DNA from: a bacterium
Lineage (GTDB): Bacteria > Patescibacteriota > UBA1384 > VFKW01
DNA length: 60,893 bases
Direction: 5' to 3'
NCBI GenBank assembly: GCA_030647355.1
Contig: JAUSIS010000005.1
Coordinates: 1-60,893 of the forward strand
Shown here: piece by piece, positions 55,664 to 60,893 of the stretch
How positions within the stretch are numbered: position 1 is the stretch's first letter
Layout of the letters: each line of letters starts with the position of its first letter
The notes under the pieces: model-generated
Database searches by the model: none
What the model was told of the DNA's origin: nothing
Seen by the model: only the letters and a program-made list of their open reading frames with translations
Made by a program: the position numbers and the translations under genes

Positions 55664-56269
55664 GTGATGAATGATACCGAACAACTAAAGGATGAGATTT
55701 ATGATTATATACTTTTTAGTCAGGCACTTTGTAAGAAAGCGAAAGATATAATTAACAATATAAATGTGAATGATCCACGAGAGATTAAAAACAAACTCGA
55801 TTATGCCAACAACACCAATATTTATTTTCTTAAACTTGTTGCGAATTTATTTATTAGCCAATGCATAATTGAATTAGGGACTTTGCTGGACAAAAAAGAT
55901 GCAAGACAAAAATCCCTTTATCAGCTGATCACAGTGGATGAATATAAAACAAAACCTAAAATAATTGATTATTTGAACCAAATACATTCTAATTTCGGTG
56001 CCAAAAGACTATGGGCAATTAGACATCAGTTTGTTGCCCATCATTCAAAAAACAGCAAGGGTGGTCCGACATCGATCATTTTTAGCACATACAAGGGTGA
56101 ATATATTCAAAGTTGCGAAGACATTATTGAAGAAATAATAAATTTTTGGAAGGAACATATAGGATATGGTCCGGGTAACAACATGTTTATCGATAAGCTC
56201 GAATCCGTTGACGGCATTGCTGACCAACTTATCAAAACTGCCAAAAACCCGAGGGAGTCAAGAAATTGA
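55664..56269 (+). CDS. HEPN-domain protein (AbiU2-like), Rx5H motif IRHQFVAH
   Basis: 201 aa. It is predicted all-alpha, with an R-x5-H motif in the C-terminal half. Confidence 0.55.
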   Translation: MMNDTEQLKDEIYDYILFSQALCKKAKDIINNINVNDPREIKNKLDYANNTNIYFLKLVANLFISQCIIELGTLLDKKDARQKSLYQLITVDEYKTKPKIIDYLNQIHSNFGAKRLWAIRHQFVAHHSKNSKGGPTSIIFSTYKGEYIQSCEDIIEEIINFWKEHIGYGPGNNMFIDKLESVDGIADQLIKTAKNPRESRN

Positions 56270-56943
56270 ATAAAAACGACATAGTTAATGAGATTACGAC
56301 GAGAGTAGATTTCGCAATAGCGGACTCTAATACATATTTATACGCAAAATGTCAGCCAACATTGGAAGCCGATATGAATCAAGTTTCAATTGGTGGCGGT
56401 AATTTTAACATCTTACTTGCGTCAGTTTCCGTGCTTGACCTTCTCGCACAGGTTAATGCGTTGGTAGATGGAACTGAAGCAGACTTTTGGCAAGCTAAAG
56501 AATTGTTACAGATTAAAGAAGAGCGAAAAAAGATAACTAAAAAATTTCAAAGATATTTTAATGTCCCCAAAATTGGAGATTTCAAAAACACAGGCAAGGA
56601 AAGATTTCTTAAACTATTATCTCAAACAGCATCACTAACAGGCTTAACAACCGAGCAAGCCAAAGAAATATACGAGATTAGAAATAAAATTGTACATTGT
56701 TTTAGCCCAAAAATCAGACCTGCGGCGGCCTTACCAATAATGCCAGGCCGTGATTTTGCATCGTTAATTAAATCATATATTTCAATACCAGTTTTTTGCC
56801 AAACTACAGACAATAGAACGGGTATAGATTCTAATGCTTTAAGTCATAAATTAGGGGTCATTTCTCTATATGTTATTCGTAAAATTGAAAAATCTACGGA
56901 TGATAAAATTTCTCAAATAGCCCAATGGTTCGAAAATAATTAA
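56266..56943 (+). CDS. HEPN-domain protein, Rx4H motif IRNKIVH
   Basis: 225 aa. Its TTG start overlaps the upstream stop codon (TTGA), which suggests translational coupling. Confidence 0.55.
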   Translation: MNKNDIVNEITTRVDFAIADSNTYLYAKCQPTLEADMNQVSIGGGNFNILLASVSVLDLLAQVNALVDGTEADFWQAKELLQIKEERKKITKKFQRYFNVPKIGDFKNTGKERFLKLLSQTASLTGLTTEQAKEIYEIRNKIVHCFSPKIRPAAALPIMPGRDFASLIKSYISIPVFCQTTDNRTGIDSNALSHKLGVISLYVIRKIEKSTDDKISQIAQWFENN

Positions 56944-56969
56944 ATAAAAATCGTCGAGGAGTTGGTAAA

Positions 56970-57215
56970 ATGAGTAAAGATCAGACGGTTAAAAAAGAAG
57001 ATGATACCATTTATCGCCATGAACGAGATGTTCTTAAGAAATTTTTAGTTGATGAACATTGTAATTACTCTGAAACAGGCGCTAAATTAGAATTTACCCA
57101 TAATTTAAGAAATTCGGTAGAAAAATTAAATAAATCTACCTCATTACAAAACTGGATCATGATAGTTCTCACGATTGTTTTAATAACACTAACTATAATA
57201 TTATTATCGAAATAA
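56970..57215 (+). CDS. small tail-anchored membrane protein
   Basis: 81 aa. C-terminal TM helix WIMIVLTIVLITLTIILL. An RBS (GAGGAG) lies upstream. Confidence 0.6.
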   Translation: MSKDQTVKKEDDTIYRHERDVLKKFLVDEHCNYSETGAKLEFTHNLRNSVEKLNKSTSLQNWIMIVLTIVLITLTIILLSK

Positions 57216-57238
57216 AAATCATCAAGATTTAAGAATAT

Positions 57239-57517
57239 ATGAAAATAAAATCTTTGAAATATGTATTAGGAGAATTGGTATTTTACATTATATTTTGGCT
57301 GGTTGGAGTCGGACTTTTTTGGGGGTTAATTCTGCTTTGTCAGGAAAAGTTTCATTACAGTGTCGATTGGCAATTAGCGTTAATATGGTCTATTGTTCCT
57401 GGTTATATTTGGTTTATTATCGGGACACTTTTAACATGGAAGGATGACAAGATTGCCGAGGGTCGTAAGGCTATAACTGACGCTGTAGCAAAATTGTTTA
57501 GAGAAAAACCACTTTAA
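57239..57517 (+). CDS. small two-TM membrane protein
   Basis: 92 aa with two hydrophobic helices. Confidence 0.55.
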   Translation: MKIKSLKYVLGELVFYIIFWLVGVGLFWGLILLCQEKFHYSVDWQLALIWSIVPGYIWFIIGTLLTWKDDKIAEGRKAITDAVAKLFREKPL

Positions 57518-57528
57518 TACTACTCCAC

Positions 57529-57744
57529 TTAATTTTCATTTAAATCAAAATTGATCGTTTTGTTGACTACTTTAATTCTTCCCTCATCTTCAAGCGCTTT
57601 ATAGGCGTCTTGGAAGGAAATACGTTTGTCTTTCGTCAGTTTAATTAATGCGTGATAGAGTGTTAGCGGAACCTCAAAACCATCGGCTTTCATTTTTTTA
57701 TACCACTCGCTAGTTGTTTCAAATTTATTTGTATCCATATCCAC
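57529..57744 (-). CDS. small hypothetical protein downstream of the Ubl operon
   Basis: 71 aa, helical, no recognised motif. Confidence 0.4.
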   Translation of the reverse strand: MDMDTNKFETTSEWYKKMKADGFEVPLTLYHALIKLTKDKRISFQDAYKALEDEGRIKVVNKTINFDLNEN

Positions 57745-57855
57745 AGTATAACATCTTTAGATTATAACGAAAAAAGCAAAGGTAATAAATTATGAAAGAC
57801 CTGCCACAATTAGACCGACAACAACTAAATAAATAGCGGGAAGTGATACTATTTT

Positions 57856-58239
57856 TTATCTTTTGAACCATCTGATTACTTTTGACCAATAGCTATCTTT
57901 TTTCTTGGCATAGTATCTCTCTTTATTTAAGAGGTCTTGGCGCCTACCGGCTTCGATTTCAATATCGGACCATTTCTTGGCCCAAACCATCTGATTGTTC
58001 CTTATCCAATAGTGTGATTGGCATTTGAAGTTCCAATTCCCAATCGAAGGTGAAAGAGAAATAGTTTTGCCATCAAAGGCTAACTGCCAATCTGTCGGCG
58101 AAAAGGGTGTTATAACTTCTTCTTGACAACCACAAAAACACTTGTGAATCGCCGTACTGTATTTCAGAGATATATAAATGACATCATCGTCTAGTTGTCT
58201 TGGTATCTGCTCTACAAATTTATGAGTTATAATCTTCAT
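57856..58239 (-). CDS. Cys/His zinc-finger protein (DUF6527-like)
   Basis: HKCFCGC...FKCQSHYW (CxCxC + CxxH). It overlaps the E1 gene by 20 nt. Confidence 0.6.
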   Translation of the reverse strand: MKIITHKFVEQIPRQLDDDVIYISLKYSTAIHKCFCGCQEEVITPFSPTDWQLAFDGKTISLSPSIGNWNFKCQSHYWIRNNQMVWAKKWSDIEIEAGRRQDLLNKERYYAKKKDSYWSKVIRWFKR

Positions 58240-59401
58240 TGAATAATTTTCCGTCGTTCATTGAATATATTGTATTAAACTCCTTGGAACGATCTTGATA
58301 AAAACCAGATATTTTTTTCCATTTCATCACGGATAGTGTTGCACTTAGAGCATTAATATCGGCTATCTGAATGTTTGTCACATAATCATCTGCGGCCGTT
58401 TTCTCTGCAAAGGATATCCTCTTATTAATGTGATCTCTTTTGTCTGCAGTGCTTGAAGTAACCCTGACATGACCCAGGATAGAATCGTTTGCTGTTAATA
58501 ATCCGATACCAGCATCAACAAAAGATATTTGTTTTGCAATTAAGTGATTAATAATTTGTCTCTTAGCCGTACCTTTATCCATAGCGATAAACACAAAACT
58601 CATTCCAGACAATTCGTCAATCTTTTCAGCGGTTATATTATAGCTATGAGAATGTATATTCTTGTGCATATTTGCGTAAATGCTTTGGAAATAATCAGTT
58701 TTTTTATTTACTTCGGTTAGCTTCTCAGCAGGTGGAGCGCCGGGCGATCTGAAGGCATTGTGATTCAATAGAACGTCTTCATCAAACAAGTGGATTTCTT
58801 GTATGGGAGTTTTCGCGATCAGGTCTAATATATACGAGCCAGTTCCACCTAGACCAACAATAGCTACTTTTTGCCCCTCCAGTTTCTTCGTTATCGCGTT
58901 TATCTTACCCCTACTAATATTAGTATCTGGATAGTTGAAAACAGAACCACTATCAGGGATATTAATATCCTTAAATGGTTTCTCAGTAACGGATTTATTT
59001 AAAGCCCTAGCTTCCGCCGATATTATATTGGCGTAGTTAGACATTTTATGGGAGTAGTCTTTATATCCTTCAGCGGGTTTGTTAGAGAAGGAGTGGTTAA
59101 TGATTATACCTCCCATTTGCGTATCTTGGCTTCCGCTGTGGATTCCTTTTATGGGACTTCCGTCCTTATAACAAGGCAGTTCGCCTGCCCAATAAGCCAC
59201 ATGTTGGCTTATTGGGCTATTCGTATTATCTCCGGCAATTGAGGTTAAATCCGAGACTAATGTTCCATATTGAATCTGACAGCTTGAATCTACATATGGT
59301 ATTTCATAAAGCAGGAGACAATCTTCAACGATTGCCACCGCATAACCTTCGTCCATTAACCGCTTAAGGTCTGGATTACGATTTATCTGTTCTTGTGGCA
59401 T
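58220..59401 (-). CDS. ThiF/E1-like adenylyltransferase fused to an N-terminal E2(UBC)-like domain
   Basis: Rossmann motif VAIVGLGGTGSYILD, plus FDEDVLLNHNAFRSPG. There is no Cys in the adenylation domain. The N-domain has HVAYWAGELPC, with the same H-to-C spacing (+10) as HPN....G.IC in UBC folds. Confidence 0.7.
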   Translation of the reverse strand: MPQEQINRNPDLKRLMDEGYAVAIVEDCLLLYEIPYVDSSCQIQYGTLVSDLTSIAGDNTNSPISQHVAYWAGELPCYKDGSPIKGIHSGSQDTQMGGIIINHSFSNKPAEGYKDYSHKMSNYANIISAEARALNKSVTEKPFKDINIPDSGSVFNYPDTNISRGKINAITKKLEGQKVAIVGLGGTGSYILDLIAKTPIQEIHLFDEDVLLNHNAFRSPGAPPAEKLTEVNKKTDYFQSIYANMHKNIHSHSYNITAEKIDELSGMSFVFIAMDKGTAKRQIINHLIAKQISFVDAGIGLLTANDSILGHVRVTSSTADKRDHINKRISFAEKTAADDYVTNIQIADINALSATLSVMKWKKISGFYQDRSKEFNTIYSMNDGKLFNEDYNS

Positions 59402-59651
59402 TGAAGATCATTTCCTTTTTAACTTTCACCTCGTCGCCCTTTACCATTGTACCCTCATCCGGATTATCTCCCTTACTGTAGGATACCGTGTAGACAATAT
59501 TTTCATTGTCTTCATAGGTGCCGAAAGCGAGTTCGATTACCTGCTGAAAAGTAATTCTTTTACCAGTGAATTGCTCTTCTCTTCCGTTTACGATAATCGT
59601 GACGGGTTTTTCGTTACCTTGTCCTTCGTGTTTGTCTTCTTGGTTGGCCAT
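59376..59651 (-). CDS. ubiquitin-like beta-grasp protein (Multiubiquitin-family, single domain)
   Basis: VTIIVNGREEQFTGKRITFQQVIELAFG...YTVSYSKG...MVKGDEVKVKKEMIFNATRTDKS matches the multiubiquitin-domain pattern. The start ATG has an AAGGAG RBS. It overlaps the E1 gene by 26 nt. Confidence 0.65.
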   Translation of the reverse strand: MANQEDKHEGQGNEKPVTIIVNGREEQFTGKRITFQQVIELAFGTYEDNENIVYTVSYSKGDNPDEGTMVKGDEVKVKKEMIFNATRTDKS

Positions 59652-59685
59652 AATAGCTCCTTTCATAATGTTTATCGCTCACTAA

Positions 59686-60306
59686 CTAATCTAGAATCGG
59701 CGGAAGCACCTCGACCACTACTCCCTGGATTCTAAAATCTCTTGTTAAGACTATTGGTTTATGTTCCTTATTCGTTGAACGGGGTAAAAGGATATAAGCT
59801 CTCGGCGTTATAAATAACTCTTTTATAGTTGCTTCATCATCTATTAAGGCTACAACTCTTTCACCACTACGGGCTGTTTCCTGTTGCCGGATTAAAACAA
59901 AATCCCCGTCATTTATTCCGCTTAAATTCATTGAGTCGCCATGTGCCTTAAGCATAAAGTATTTATACGGTGGATGGGCAATTTTGCTGGAAACAGGTAT
60001 CAAGGCTTCAATATTCTCAACTGCCAAAACCGGAGCACCACAAGCCACACTTCCGACCAAAGGAATGTTTATAGTTGCGGTTCTGTCTTTTTCTTCAAAA
60101 TTATCAGTTACTTGGAGCGATCCGTTGGCTTTTTTCTTAACGAATCCTTTTTTTATAAGGCTTTCAATAGTTAGGGCGGCAGATCTGGGGGAACTATACC
60201 CCAGTGCCTTCATTAATTGTCGCACCGAAGGAGAAGTACCATTTTGTAAAATAGCATTTCTAATTTCTTTTAGGGCTAAAATTTCTTTTGGGTTTAATAT
60301 GTTCAT
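59686..60306 (-). CDS. lexA: LexA-like S24 peptidase repressor
   Basis: N-terminal wHTH (SPSVRQLMKALGYSSPRSAALTIESLIKKG). Cleavage-site region VACGAP. Catalytic GDSM Ser and IKEL Lys. The start is taken at MNILNPKE. Confidence 0.85.
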   Translation of the reverse strand: MNILNPKEILALKEIRNAILQNGTSPSVRQLMKALGYSSPRSAALTIESLIKKGFVKKKANGSLQVTDNFEEKDRTATINIPLVGSVACGAPVLAVENIEALIPVSSKIAHPPYKYFMLKAHGDSMNLSGINDGDFVLIRQQETARSGERVVALIDDEATIKELFITPRAYILLPRSTNKEHKPIVLTRDFRIQGVVVEVLPPILD

Positions 60307-60367
60307 ACATACACTATAATACACTAAACATACAGTTGTCAATACCTTGCTAAAAATATACTTGTTT

Positions 60368-60476
60368 CCTCCCGCCAGTCTTCCCATCTTATAATTGTAT
60401 AGCAATTTCGGAATTTCCAAAGGAAATATAATTGCATGGCAATTTCGGAATTTTCGAAGAAAATATAGAACAAATA
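60368..60476. repeat. dispersed repeat R, copy 3 (with internal duplication of the aattgcaWWgcaatttcggaattt module)
   Basis: It matches R1 end to end, apart from a 39-nt internal duplication. It lies 60-170 nt upstream of the lexA-like gene. Confidence 0.85.
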
Positions 60477-60595
60477 TTTACGAGATAATGATTTTATCAT
60501 TAAAAGACAATCGAAACGAATAGAATATTATTGACTCTCAATTACTTTAGCCAGAGTTTGTAATTCTTTTTTGACTGATTTATCGAAAAAATATT

Positions 60596-60893
60596 TCATA
60601 AAAAACCAAATCGCCCGACTTTTTTACCAAGTTTTGGAATATCACCCGACCAATCAATACGTGTTCCTTCAGGAACTTCGACAAATTCCAAATGGTCATG
60701 AATTATTGAACCATCATCGATAATTACTTGCTCTTCTGCTTCGTACGGTTTAACTTTTCCAATAATCAAAGCTTTAAATTTTATTCCAAAATAGCTAACT
60801 TCGCATTCCCATTTAGTTGTATCACCTACTTTTGATACAACTTTGCCTGTTTTCCAAGATTTTGACCATTTGGAAATATTTTCATAATTTGTT
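60596..60893 (-). CDS. SRPBCC-like small protein, N-terminus outside the window, possible frameshift at the 3' end
   Basis: The manual translation is ...SKWSKSWKTGKVVSKVGDTTKWECEVSYFGIKFKALIIGKVKPYEAEEQVIIDDGS...IDWSGDIPKLGKKVGRFGFL*. A helix-like tail (MKYFFDKSVKKELQTLAKVIESQ) continues in another frame after a T6 run. Confidence 0.4.
   Translation of the reverse strand, partial: TNYENISKWSKSWKTGKVVSKVGDTTKWECEVSYFGIKFKALIIGKVKPYEAEEQVIIDDGSIIHDHLEFVEVPEGTRIDWSGDIPKLGKKVGRFGFL

Noticed and set aside
60307-60420. N-terminal extension of the lexA-like ORF (start at 60420)
   Set aside because: The extension is translated from repeat R3 and promoter sequence. LexA homology begins at MNILNPKE (60306).
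750-60476. Direct repeats R1 and R3 considered as attL/attR of a 59.7-kb integrated element
   Set aside because: The interval contains core housekeeping genes (argS, rny, uvrA, infC-rpmI-rplT, lepB, der, rnpB, many tRNAs). No integrase is present. The repeat is better explained as a dispersed element.

Overview
AT-rich, gene-dense bacterial fragment under the standard genetic code (TGA is used as a stop). Many small secreted or membrane proteins, a cohesin/dockerin pair, a pilin-like protein, a bacterial Elp3 and an expanded RNase P RNA suggest a Patescibacteria/CPR-like genome; this is inference only. The core (about 7-49 kb) is housekeeping: argS, a Mur ligase, rny-ymdB, uvrA, dinB, infC-rpmI-rplT, lepB, der, rnhB, rnpB and nine intact tRNAs. 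It is interrupted by visibly GC-richer patches: an orphan beta-ketoacyl synthase, a phosphodiester glycosidase, a sigma factor next to an IS481-like element, and two promoter/terminator-bounded structured RNAs of unknown class. The left edge is a decayed type I R-M/Fic locus. The right 10 kb (about 50.4-60.5 kb) is an accessory defence-type island. It holds a PLD-like nuclease, an AlwI-family type IIS R-M system with a fused double Dam-like methylase, a twin-HEPN plus two small membrane protein cassette, and the most interesting feature in the window. That feature is a tightly overlapped operon of a LexA-like S24 repressor, a single beta-grasp 'multiubiquitin'-type Ubl, a Cys-less ThiF/E1 fused to an E2-like N-domain, and a Cys/His zinc-finger (DUF6527-like) protein. 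A second accessory module (27.0-28.9 kb) pairs an XRE-Panacea (DUF4065) antitoxin with an unclassified toxin next to an unknown about 310-nt ncRNA, flanked by direct repeats. A mosaic GC-rich repeat family and partial tRNA copies carrying structured insertions recur at several intergenic sites. No CRISPR array and no rRNA were seen.
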